Positions 12,652 to 24,034 of a DNA stretch of 64,000 nucleotides are shown here, one piece after another. The position numbers and the translations under genes were made by a program. The notes under the pieces were generated by a model that was given only the letters and a program-made list of their open reading frames with translations, had not been told where the DNA came from and did not search any database. The stretch covers positions 14,508,001-14,572,000 of the forward strand of contig NC_135671.1 of assembly GCF_964188315.1 (NCBI RefSeq), given 5' to 3'. Each line of letters opens with the position of its first letter. Position 1 is the stretch's first letter. The stretch comes from Podarcis muralis (lineage: Eukaryota).

Positions 12652-13421
12652 CATATGAGAGACAGCCCATACTGAATGGCACCCTGAAGAAGTGAGAAGT
12701 ATGATGGATAACTAAGGGGGGGTGCTTCTCTCCCAGAGAATATTCTTAGCTTGCAGGCCACGAAACCCTACCTCCCCAAACAGTGATCTATTCTGCCAGT
12801 TATATTAGACCCAACTTGTGGTGATTTCTCTGAATGGTACATGAAAATGCCATGTGTTTGCACTGACCCAAAGTCTCCTCTAGGTGCAAAGTGCACTTCA
12901 TGCTTCCTTTAAATGATATTTTAAATATTTTAACAGCGTCTGAACATGACAGTGCCTGGTCCCTTTGAAAGTGCCTTTGACAGACAAATCAGCTAAGTAA
13001 CAAGCCTTGTCAGCAGCTGGGATTGTCTTCCGCTCTTTTGTAAGCAGCTGCTTCACTTTAGGACGTTGAGGGCATTTTTGACATTATTGGATCGCAGGAG
13101 GTCACTGATACTATTCGCAAAGGCTGATTGATCCCATCACAACAGATGAAAGAGAACGACCTGGCAGAACGAAGAGGGATTTGCTGTTGCTCACCATCTT
13201 GAACCTTCCTCATAGGGAAATCCCTTGAAGGAGAGCTGGGACAAACTCTTTGGGTCAGCTTCCTTCAGCTTTTGGCAGGGTAGATGGGCAAAAGTTAAAG
13301 GTCTTCCTCCACACACCACAATAGATAAAGTTTTCATTTCTTTCAAGAGAGGAAATCCGGAAATCTGAGGTAGTCTCAGCTGCGGATATGCAAATTGATC
13401 AGTTTCAACTTCCCATTTTTC

Positions 13422-13776
13422 CAGACCCTCCAACCTTTCTCCAATGAAAATAGGGACACCCTATTCAACAACAACAACACCCCACCCATCTGACTGGATT
13501 GCCCCAGCCACTCTGGCAGGCTTCCAGCACATATCAAAACATTAAACTTAAAAAAATAATAATCATCTATCATCTGTCTTCAGATGTCTTCCAAAGGTTG
13601 TATAGTTACTTATCTCCTTGGCTTTGGGTTTACATAACTCCATACCCTCAAACATTTCTCCAGTGAAAATAGGGACATCCTAAGGAAAAGCTGGACATTC
13701 AAGGATCAAATCAGAAACCAGGATGGCTTCTGTAAATCTGAGACTGCCCCTGGAAATTAGGGACACAGAGGGCCTG
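13422..13776 (+). mobile_element. Composite hAT-like MITE containing an L2-like 3' fragment
   Basis: Termini cagaccctccaa ... gagggcctg. Internal ccacccatctgactggattgccccagccactctgg matches the L2-like tail at 23390-23420. Confidence 0.75.
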
Positions 13777-14188
13777 TTTTTCCTATCTTAAGTTCAGTTC
13801 TCCGTATTTTTACATCAGTATGCTTGGGTTGTGTTGTTTTTTAAGTCCTCATGAAAATTCAGCATTTTATTGCATTTCTTTTTTCTAATTTACACATTTT
13901 CGCAAGGCAATTTCCCTCAATACATTGCAATTCCATATGTTACGTATGCATTTATATGCACTCTTTACCCTAGTGTACTCATTTTTGTACACATTGCTCA
14001 GCTGGAGAACTGCACTGCCAGAATTCAGAGAAATGCAAGTTTCAAGGGATAGACGTACTTTTGGTTCACATATTCTTTCAGAAAGTAGGAATTAGGGAGA
14101 ACTGACTCAAATCGCTTCTCCAAATCTCAGTACCTTCTAATCATTCTGTTTTCTTCACAACCCACTCGCTGCCTAGTATTATCCTATA

Positions 14189-14415
14189 CAGTGGTACCTC
14201 GGGTTACATACGCTTCAGGTTACAGACTCCACTAACCCAGAAATAGTGCTTCAGGTTAAGAACTTTGCTTCAGGATGAGAACAGAAATTGTGCTCTGGTG
14301 GCGCAGCAGCAGCAGGAGGCCCCATTAGCTAAAGTGGTGCTTCAGGTTAAGAACAGTTTCAAGTTAAGTACGGACCTCTAGAACGAATTAAGTACTTCAA
14401 CCTGAGGTACCACTG
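14189..14415 (+). mobile_element. Tc1/mariner (pogo/Tigger-type) MITE
   Basis: Termini ta|cagtggtacctcgggtt ... acctgaggtaccactg|ta. Confidence 0.9.
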
Positions 14416-16622
14416 TAGTAGCAAATTTCAACTGGAGACTGGGAACAAACACAGAGAGAGAGAGATCCCACAGATAGCGAAAAAACCCCAATGAAGGCAG
14501 CTGTACTGAAGAGCAACCACCTCAATTAATTGGAATTATCTTCTCCTTCCATGGCCTGCAACCTTAAGGTAGAAAGACCATTGTTCTTCCTGTTGAGATG
14601 TAATGAGATCTTGAGTTCAAAGTGCATATTTAAATTAGTCTCCATAGGAGATTACTCAAATGACATTTGGAGGCCCATGTTCCAGCCAATTATCCACAGA
14701 GTTTATTGGTTATATCTCTTTCCAATTCATTTTGAAAATGTGTAGATACGTTCTATTATCTCCTCTCCGCCCCCTCTAAAAACAAAACAAAAATATTGTT
14801 AGAGAATGTGAGGATCATTGGATGTGTTTTTTGTATTTTTTTGTTTTGTTCTTGCTATATCTGCATATTTTGCCTCCGTGTTTTGAGGAATAAGCATTTT
14901 GCATTTTCACTGACTTGCTGGTGACAGTGATAACCATTGTCCATATGTGCATATATTGAAAAAGCAATAAAACCTGCCTCCTTTTTAAGAATGGAAATGC
15001 ATTTTTGGCCACATTTACCCCTTCTGTAATCACACTGATGTGAATAGAATTGTAACTGGTATAAGCTTGGCCCTGCAGAATTTTAGACACATGCATATAC
15101 TTTCAGTTTTTTATTTTATTTTGTATAAAGCTCAGGACTGAAATATGCTTTTGTATCCAGTGAACAGCCTACAAGTACCAATTGCATCTTCTCCTAAGCC
15201 TGCATACCATGACTGTAGAAGCTTTGCATGAGTTCCAGTTAATTAAAATGATATTCTACTGGGTATTATTTATCAGTGACTGAAAGCTTCTCAACAGCAG
15301 ATATAATGCCCTTCAAGCTTCTGATCATATTCCAATCAAAAACAGATGCATACGTCTTTCCTGACTGTGATACTATTTCATAACTTCAATATCGCAAACT
15401 GTCTCTACAATGAGCTTCTCCTTAGGCTGTTTTATTCTAATTATGTCATAAGTGAGTTTCCTTCTTCCTTTAACTTGTGCTCTTGTCTGGAGTGCTAAGT
15501 GTATTTATTCCTTTTTGCCACCTGTGATTTCGAAAATTTATTTCACTATCACTTTCCAAGTGGTATTCAAACTTGGCTTTCAAGGTAAAGTCAAGAACGT
15601 AAAGTGAGTTATCAGAAACTAGCAAAATCCCTGTCGTTTTTGATGGGGTGTGTGTGTGTGTGGAAGGAGAAATTGAATTTGTAAGGATTCCACTGGGCTA
15701 TATTATGCTGAGCTCATCAGTTGGTGAGGACCAGGTCACTCAAAGTCAAAGCTGGACGGTAAGGATGGAGGAATTAATTCAGTTTGGTCGGCATTTTAAT
15801 GTGAACCTACCTAAACTGCACTTCCTGATACAATAGAAGAATCGAAACACAGCTATCCTCATAAATTTGCCACTTCCCAGAATGGTGTGGTGCATTTTTC
15901 CACCTAAAGTATATATAAAAAATGTGTATATTGAGAGAAAGTGTTTATAAAGAAGTGCGCCTTAGTGAAAATACATAAATGTTCACCGTATTTGGCACAT
16001 ATGAAGTTGATGGAAATTAAAAATTGAAAACTGATGTGGTGGACTAAACTAAAGCTTGAAATAATGAGAATAAACTGAGACTGACCAATTTGTTAGTTTG
16101 CACTGGAGAGCAGCATTTGTCCTCACTGTAACCCTATCAGAGTTATGCCTCACACTTAAAGCTTTGGTGTGACCTGGTTTTGCAGATATCCATGTATTAA
16201 TTGTTTTTTTCTAGAGAAATTATTCGTTCACCCACAATAGAAGAGCTTCCTTCTTCTTTGTTCCTTCACACACCAAAGTGTCCAAAGGATGTTTCCGAGC
16301 CTGCTTCAGCCAAGGGTGATTGATGACACAGTTAATACTACCAGACAAGTGCTCAATAGGCCCTTGAAGGAAAAGACTTTAGATGGCTGCTTCTTCCCAA
16401 CCTCCTCAGCACAGTACAGCAAAGTTTGGAACTTCAGTGCAATGCTGGGCAAGGAGGACACATGAGACAATGGACTTACAGTCAGTGCCAGATTTACATA
16501 TAAGCTAAACAAGCTATAGCTTAGGCCCCCACTCTCTTGCCCCCCCCAAAAAAAAATTAAAGGAAAAAACCTGGATGTACATTTCCAAAATATAAGATAA
16601 AAATTAAATAAAATAAAACCTA

Positions 16623-17152
16623 CCGTATTTTTCGCCCTATAGGACGCACTTTTCCCCCTCCAAAAATGAAGGGGAAATGTGTGTGCATCCTATGGGGCGA
16701 ATGCAGGCTTTTGCTGAAGCCTGGAGAGCAAGAGGGGTCGGTGTGCACCGACCCCTCTCGCTCTCCAGGCTTCGCGCAGCTCTCCGCAAGCAGCGGGAGC
16801 CGATGCTGGGCTCCCGCTGCTTGCGGAGAGCTGCCTGCATGCTGAAGCCTGCGCGCACTGACCTCAGTGCGTCCAGGCTTCGCGGACCTCTCAGCAAGCA
16901 GCAGGAGCCGGCGCTGGGCTCCCACGCTGAGCTCAGTGCGTCCAGGCTTCGTGCACCTCTCCACAAGGAGCGGGAGCCCGGCGCTGGGCTCCCGCCGCTT
17001 GCGGAGAGTTGCATGCATGCTGAAGCCTGCGCGCGCTGAGCTCAGCACGTCCAGGCTTCGCGGACCTCTCAGCAAGCAGCAGGAGCCGGGGCTGGGCTCC
17101 CACAGCTTGCAGAGAGCTGCCTGTTTGGGGGCTGGGGTCGGGGGAAGCTCGT
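16623..17152 (+). mobile_element. Tc2-like (Kanga/MER104-type terminus) non-autonomous element with internal GC-rich palindromic tandem repeat; right TIR not found
   Basis: Left end ta|ccgtatttttcgccctataggacgcac; the CCGTATTT terminus is typical of Tc2-group elements. Repeat units begin tccaggcttcg at 16764, 16872, 16941 and 17050. Confidence 0.7.
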
Positions 17153-19710
17153 TCCTGGCAACCTGTCATGGGGGTTGGTTCCTCGGCTACCTGACAAAAA
17201 GATTCCCTTACCAACAGTAGTATAAGGAGAAGTGAATTTCAGGATGGTCAGGGGGCAGTGGAGGGGCACAGTGCCCAATCATAGCTGTCAAATTTTCCCT
17301 TTTCTTGCGAGGAATCCTATTCGGAATAAGGGTATTTCCCTTAAAAAGGGGGGGAAAGTTGACAGCTATGTGCCCAATACATCTTGAACCCTGCCAGTTT
17401 GAACCAGCCACAGCAGAAGGTAGAATCCTGTCTCTTATGTGCCCCACCCTTATGTTTTGCTGCACCAGTTCTGGGCTAGCACAGCAGATGGACTCAAGGA
17501 CTGGGCCCCTTTGGTGACTATGTCATGCTTCAGAGTCAATGGCAACTTATCCCAGAACACCCTGCTTCATGGCTTTCTGTAGCTTATCCAAGAATGGAGA
17601 TCCACTGACAGAATCCCCTGTGATTCTGATGCTGATATACCCCACGCTGCTATTAAGACAGCATGGGAGGATTTTCATCAGAATTGTGGATGAGAAATAG
17701 AACGGTGAAAGGCGGTTGGACTGCAGGGAGGAAAAAATGATATTTTTTTTAATCCAGGCTCCCACTCATAGTCTCTGTAGAATGTACAAAAGTCTGTTGA
17801 TATGTTCACATTCCCAAAGCCTGTTGGAGATTATCCATAAAGGCTGAAGAATGTACAAAAATCAGTCAATATATGCACACTTCCTAAGACCTGTTGAAGT
17901 CTGTTTATATTAACTAGATTTCCTCTTCGTGGGTAGAATATACACATTTTCCATGAGGCCTGGTGAATGTGCACAATTGCAGGCTGCTATACAGATTAAC
18001 CACTCACCTAAGGTTTGAAATCTGTCAAGCCAATGACTGCTTTATTGGGCTTCCAGCCAGGTTGCTTGTGAATCAAACAATAGTCAATATGTGCCTTTTA
18101 AGTGTTTGTTCCTTTCCCCCACTTTGACTCTTTCAAAGTGCTTTTAGGACAAAAACATTTTTTTTCATTGTTCACATTTGACATTCAAGCTCCTTTCCTA
18201 CAACCTCCTTTTCAGGGCAGATTTGGCATACATGGGTTTTCAATTTGCAAGCTGAGCACAGTTTTAGAGTAAAAAGTTCTGGTGTGCGCCCCCACTTTTT
18301 TCTTAAAATGCCATATGCACAGTGCACTTAGCCACACTATCAGCCTTAGGGGAAAAGAAAGAAAGCAAAAGCTAGGGGACATTTATCATATTCGTACATA
18401 GTCATGGATCCTTGGCCAGTATAAGTGGGTGAGTGATGGCCTCAGACAAATATTCCATTTTCTTTATATCTAAACCATTTTCCCCCTCTACAAGGCAACC
18501 AAATTTTGGGTCCTTGCTTTGGATTTGGGCCAAAACAGTATGCTATATATCTTTCCTGTTCTCTCTTACTCAGATTTATCTGTTGAATTGGGATTGTTAT
18601 TTTCTATCTTCTCTCCCTTCCTTCCGGACTGTGTTACTGGATTTTGGCATTTCGAATTAATGGTGCCATCTTCCTATGTGGCTGAAGACTAAAGGAGAAT
18701 TGAATATCTATGGACGGATCAGCCTCCATCAAAAAGTGGCAAATTAAATATTGTCATCACACTATATGGCTCTGTGCACAATAAAATGCACACATGGAAC
18801 TGTTGTGCACAGGAGCTACTGTATTCAGTGAATGGAATGAGCAAGTTTCCACATGCAAATGAATGAATGAACCAATGTCTCCCCTCTCTTGAAAGAAAAG
18901 ACCATTTTACATATTGATAGGCACTTATGCATGCCCCCTCCCTGCTGCAAATATTGCTCCCACACAATTCCCTTAGCCATGTGGCTAGTTAGCTTTGATT
19001 ATTTTTTTTAATGAGGTGACCAGAATTCTTGTGTTCCTGTGGTCCAGTCTGTACTGGTTAGGAGCAGTATTCCTAGTCCAATGTCCTGCATACAGAAGTT
19101 CAATTCTCACACACAATGCTGCCTTGGTAAATCACTCATCACCATTGGCCATACTGACTGGGTGTCCAGCTGATGATTACGCTATGCAGGAGAGGGACTC
19201 TTGCAGATACCATTTCATGAGGTGGTACATTCCATGGGGAATTGGCATCAGGCCTTCATTGTGGGGGCACCAGTCAGGGCTGGTACACAATCCAGTCACA
19301 CCCTGTCTCCATGCCTGAAAACAGCACACCAGAGCCTGGGGCTCAGAAAACGTGTCCAGTTACTTAGCTCAGAAAACGTGTTCAGTTACAGAGGTGAAAA
19401 CACCGATAGACTGTACAGAAGAAAGAGAAAAGATAGAAGGAATAAAGAAATGCTCAGCAGCAGGATATTTCTCTCCCACTGAGAGCATTTTGACCTTGAG
19501 TCTCATATGACTCTCATAAGCACAGCCAAGCTGCAGAGAAGCTTTAAGAAAGTTCAGGAACATTCTGCACCCAAAAAATGCCATTATCCCTGATATTGAA
19601 CCTTTGGAATTCCTTTCCATTACATCTTAGACAGGTACTAGCATCAGGTAGGTAGCTGTGTTGGCCTGGCACAGTCAAAATAAATTCAAAAATTGTCCAG
19701 TAGCACCTTA

Positions 19711-19806
19711 AAGGTAAAGGTAAAGGTACCCCTGCCCGTACGGGTCAGTCTTGACAGACTCTAGGGTTGTGCGCCCATCTCACTTAAGAGGCCGGGGGCC
19801 AGCGCT
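19711..19806 (+). mobile_element. Sauria SINE 5' fragment, different subfamily (ggtacccctgcccgtacggg)
   Basis: aaggtaaaggtaaaggtacccctgcccgtacgggtcagtcttgacagactctagggttgtgcgcccatctc. No TSD. Confidence 0.8.
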
Positions 19807-19821
19807 AGACCAACTAAGTTT

Positions 19822-19872
19822 GTTCTGGGTATCTGAAAAAGTGCGCATGCACAGGGAAGCTTATACCCAGAA
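19822..19872 (+). ncRNA. Degenerate minimal type-I hammerhead ribozyme motif (Penelope-associated), probably inactive
   Basis: Stem I ttctgggtat/atacccagaa; CUGAaaA in place of CUGANGA; palindromic stem II gtgcgcatgcac; GGAAGCUUA in place of GAAAGCUUA. Confidence 0.55.
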
Positions 19873-21318
19873 AAAACTTGGTCTCTAAGGTGCTACTGGA
19901 CAATTTTTGAATTTATTTCAGGGACTAGCATTGTTGTCTTTTAGGTGCCTGCAGAATCCATTCCTTTAAAACAAACAAAGAAAGAAAGAAAACCCTTTTA
20001 AATGGATATCCTTATCCCTGTCTGCATGTGTAGTGGGTTTCCCATTGTTTTGATGTGCAGAACCTTGAAGAGCAACAGATTCATTGTGGCATAAGATTTA
20101 AACCAGGGGTAGCCAATGTAATGATCTCCAGATGCTGTGTACTCCGACTCCCATCATCCCCAGTCTTTGGGGCATGACGACTTGGGCTGGTGGATGTTGT
20201 AGTTTAAGCACCATCTCAAAGGGACCATGGTGGCTGCTCTAGTAAAAAGCTGTTAGTATTCAATGTGCCACTAGACTCTTGTTCTTTGGGGGCAACAAGC
20301 TCACATTGTCCCCACTCTGGAATTTGGATATTCTTAACAACTTCTTCAACCCTCTGTGTCTCAAACCCTCACTAATTAAAGCATGGGACTATGACTCCCA
20401 TGAGTCCCAGCCAGCAATATCAGTGGTCGTAGATGTTGTGTGTTGTAGTTCACAACACCTAAAGGATACAGTGCTGACTACCTCTGTGTTAGATGTACAA
20501 AGAAATGTAAATAATTTACTGTTTATTATATAAGAAGTACACAAATGGAGATGAGGAGAGCTAGGAATAAAATACCTCAGCTGTTTCTTCCTCCTTACCT
20601 AGAGTACTTAGTGAAAAATTATGTCTCCTTATTTTCACAAAAAGGTTGAGAGCCACTAAATGCTTCATTTTATAGGTGTTTGCTCCCTATGCCTTTCAAA
20701 TGATAATATATTCTAGGGGCAGGTAGCCAATTTTCAAGGTTAAAGTATAAGATAAGGACAATTTCACAGCTGATTGATTATGCATTCGTTCTAGAACTGA
20801 AACAAACAGAGCATTTTTAATATGCGGCTCAAATATGAGCATTTATTTTATGGACAAATAAATTTCTATATGCTTTCTGTGCCTTCTGTGAACTCTAGGG
20901 GGTTTTCCTGCTCACTTTAAATTTACCCTCACATAGGTCACTGGAGTCTTGAGGATTACAGCCTTTTGTAATTTATCTGGGGTGAGGGATGGGGACCATA
21001 TTTCTCTCCAGTGCTGCGTTCATCTTCACAGCATGTAGGAATGGCACCACAAAGGCCCAGATGTCCTTGTAGGTACCTAACCCCACATAATAATGGTCTC
21101 TGTTCTAAAATGAATTACGTAATTTTAGGAAGAATGAATATGCTTTGGATTGAATTTCTAAGTCCTTAATGCTCTACCAGAAAGTGTGGGAATACACATT
21201 CATTAAAATGTCTCCCTTCCATTTACAAAATGATCTGTTGCTGCTGAGATTTGTGGCCAAAATGAGCTGCTAAATGCATAAATGTGCATAACTATAGCAC
21301 TAGACAGCGACTCTCCAT

Positions 21319-21650
21319 TAGGGATGAAAGGATCTGTCAATCGCACTTCTCCCAGTTTCTTTTGCTTCCAACTTGAAATTCACATTTTTCAGAAATTTAA
21401 GAAAAATAATTCAAATCCTCGTGAACATTCATCAGCAAGTTAGTGCCAATTTCTTCCAATGAACACATTTTATATGCAGTTTTGATGATGTACCCATTTT
21501 TAAATCAATTTTCCCACATAGAATGCATTTTTATATGTTATTTGCACTAAAATCTTCATTTTACGCACACTTCCTCCCAATACATGCATTCTTGTAAACA
21601 TACTTTGGTTGTATAGCTGCATTGCAAAATTCGGATAAATGTGAATTTTG
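21319..21650 (+). mobile_element. Old hAT (Ac-like TAGGGATG terminus) non-autonomous element fragment
   Basis: Begins tagggatgaaa, identical to the Ac-type TIR. Body resembles degraded copies near 1600-2390, 13800-14100, 15880-16100, 24693-25000, 50870-51559, 52500-52810 and 54800-55003; two of these (at 51559 and 55003) end catcccta. Confidence 0.6.
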
Positions 21651-22593
21651 AAAAGGGTGCAAAAAAACCCAAAACCCCTCAGTGCCAGCCAATACATAAT
21701 TTTAAGAGCATTCTGTATCTTAGGAATCAATGTGTCTACTATTGAGTTTTCACATGATGTTTTTCCATCCCCTTTCAACTCTCCGATGCAGGCCACTGTT
21801 GGCAATGAATGCTATGCCTACAGGATTTGATGAACAAATGCCTTTTTAGCCAGCAACATGTACAACATGGAATTAATAAGTGTTTTCTCCATTGTCTCTC
21901 TAGCCCAAGCTATACATGATGATCATCATCATTCTTTCATTTTCCTTGATTCTTAACAAGCTAACAAGGTTGTGCAATAAATTGAGCAAATATAATAATT
22001 TCTGTTTACATCTATGGAAAGCATGGAGCTGTTTATCACACTGTTGGTTTTTTTTTAAAATAAAGGGACTAGTTCTTTTAAGAAAGATTTAATATTCTTC
22101 CAGACAGATCTCCTCACTAGCTCTATATCCCACTTATCAATAATAACTGGTCTCTACGGGAAACAGCAGTGGGGGTTTTTTGGGAGTGATACTAGAAAGA
22201 GGGAGAAAGGTGATGATTTATTTAAAGAAAAGTGCATTGGAAAATTAACTGAGTGGCATTCTATAAGTGGTTGCCCAAAGGAGACATGCTTGATTGTTCC
22301 TTGGGAAACAACACAGGAAGTTTGACTCTTGTTTATTCTTTTGCAAGAAGATGCTGAAAATTCCTGCACACATATTCAAATATTTATGAAAGGTGCCGTT
22401 CTGCTTATAGGTCATTCCAACCTCTGCATTCTCATTATGTTGTCTTCGTCTCGGATAATGTCCTCCTCTGGAAAGTGCTAAATGTATGTTGCATTTGCAA
22501 AGAATTTTGGGGCAGAAAGTGCTTCAAAACTCATGTATCAAATTCCCCACCTACAGAGCTGTTTCCTAATTAGATGCCTGTGTATATTATGAA

Positions 22594-22594
22594 T

Positions 22595-22646
<52 letters not shown>

Positions 22647-22647
22647 T
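22594..22647. repeat. (CTTT)n microsatellite
   Basis: Direct reading. Confidence 0.95.
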
Positions 22648-22792
22648 TTTACTTTACCGTTTTGCTTAAAAGCCAGGTTTATGTGTGCCTTGGACCACTT
22701 TCTCTTGCAAATCCTATGTGTGGCTTGAAAATGGACAAGTGGATTTCATGCATAGAGTCACAAGCTGGAAGAGACAAAAGAAGGAGCTATAC

Positions 22793-23070
22793 CAGGGGTC
22801 GGCAACCCGTGGCTCCGGAGCCGCATGTGGCTCTTTTACACCTTTGCCGTGGCTCCGGGGCGGATACTAGCGAGGGGAGGAGGCGTATTGTGGGCCCCGA
22901 CACTCCCCACTGTGGCGGGCGCTGTACTGGCTGTGACATCGCATGGGGGCGGTGTGTACGTTAGTCACGCACCGTCCCGACGTCACCTTCCCACCCGCCC
23001 ACCCGCTACATTGTAAGGGGCATGTACGCTGGTCACTGCATTGAAAAGGGGCATGTGCGCTGGTCAGATA
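22793..23070 (+). mobile_element. hAT (Charlie-like) MITE, 5' part, CpG-rich
   Basis: Terminus caggggtcggcaacc followed by gtggctccggagccgcatgtggctc. No right TIR or TSD found. Confidence 0.7.
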
Positions 23071-23175
23071 AATGCTTGGCTGGTCAGATAAATGCTTCCT
23101 TCATACCTTGTCCCATTTACTTCACATGTAAAGCATCACATGATGCTTCATCGGCCAAATTCCAATTCATCTTAC

Positions 23176-23205
23176 CAAGGTGAAATCTAAGCCGTCTCCA
23201 GCCAT
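23176..23205 (-). CDS. Candidate first coding exon (MAGDGLDFTL)
   Basis: ATG in strong Kozak context (gaaaATGG); donor TTG|gtaaga. Confidence 0.2.
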
Positions 23206-23326
23206 TTTCTCTCTCCATGCAATTAATGCTCTATCTCAACCTCCTCCATTTTTTCCTCTTCCACATCTATGCAGTCAGGAGATTGTTTTACTTCTGCAAA
23301 CACCCTACATGTTTGAGAACTCTAGA

Positions 23327-23377
<51 letters not shown>

Positions 23378-23660
23378 TTATACCCCACCCATCTGGCTGG
23401 ATTTCCCCAGCCACTCTGGGCAGCTCCCAACAGAATATTAAAACAGGATAGGATAAAACATCAAACATTAAAGACTTCCCTAAACAGGGCTGTCTTCTAA
23501 AAGTCAGGTAGTTGTTTATTTCCCTGACATCTGATGGGTGGGCGTTCCATAGGGTGTGTGCCACTACTGGGAATGCCCTCTGCTTGGTTCCCTGTAACCT
23601 CACTTCTCACAGTGAGAGAACCGCCAGAAGGGAACAATGGAACTTGAGGACCACTGGTGG
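23327..23660 (-). mobile_element. L2/CR1-clade LINE 3' end with (TTA)n tail
   Basis: On the minus strand ...cagccagatgggtggggtataaattattatt(n). Reverse complement of 62335-62610. Confidence 0.75.
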
Positions 23661-24003
23661 TTTGTAGACCAGAGTTTGAGAGTCTCTGTCCTATGGATTG
23701 TATCACACCGTTCAGCTGTAGGTGCAAGCTCATGAGAAAAGAAAACAAAAGACAACACAGGGATTCTTCAGTCCAATGCCAAATTCAACCAATTACTATC
23801 AAAGGGTAAAACAGCCAATAATCTTTCTTTTAATCAACAGAATTGATCAGGTGCTGCCGTAGAACTAGAAAGTGCTGGCAGACATGAAAGGCCAGTTTGG
23901 CAACAGCTGAAAAAAAACGAGATACTAGTTATTTCCCAAGGTGTTTGCTATCCTTTCATGTGATGCTGTATTGAATGCAGAGAGAAAAATTAATGTTGGC
24001 TTT

Positions 24004-24034
<31 letters not shown>

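Larger units (their letters stand above)
19652..19919. mobile_element. Fold-back Penelope-like element terminus (inverted pLTR) interrupted by a SINE fragment
   Basis: Left arm aaataaattcaaaaattgtccagtagcacctta + agaccaactaagtttgttctgggtat is the reverse complement of right arm atacccagaaaaaacttggtctctaaggtgctactggacaatttttgaatttattt. The gtagctgtgttgg start resembles reptile Penelope ends (from recall, not searched). Confidence 0.65.

Noticed and set aside
16764-17120. CRISPR-like repeat-spacer array
   Set aside because: There are no unique spacers and no cas genes, and the context is vertebrate.
16620-17278. Six overlapping ORFs of 69-151 aa as a gene
   Set aside because: Stop-poor GC-rich palindromic tandem repeat inside a transposon; the translations are themselves repetitive.
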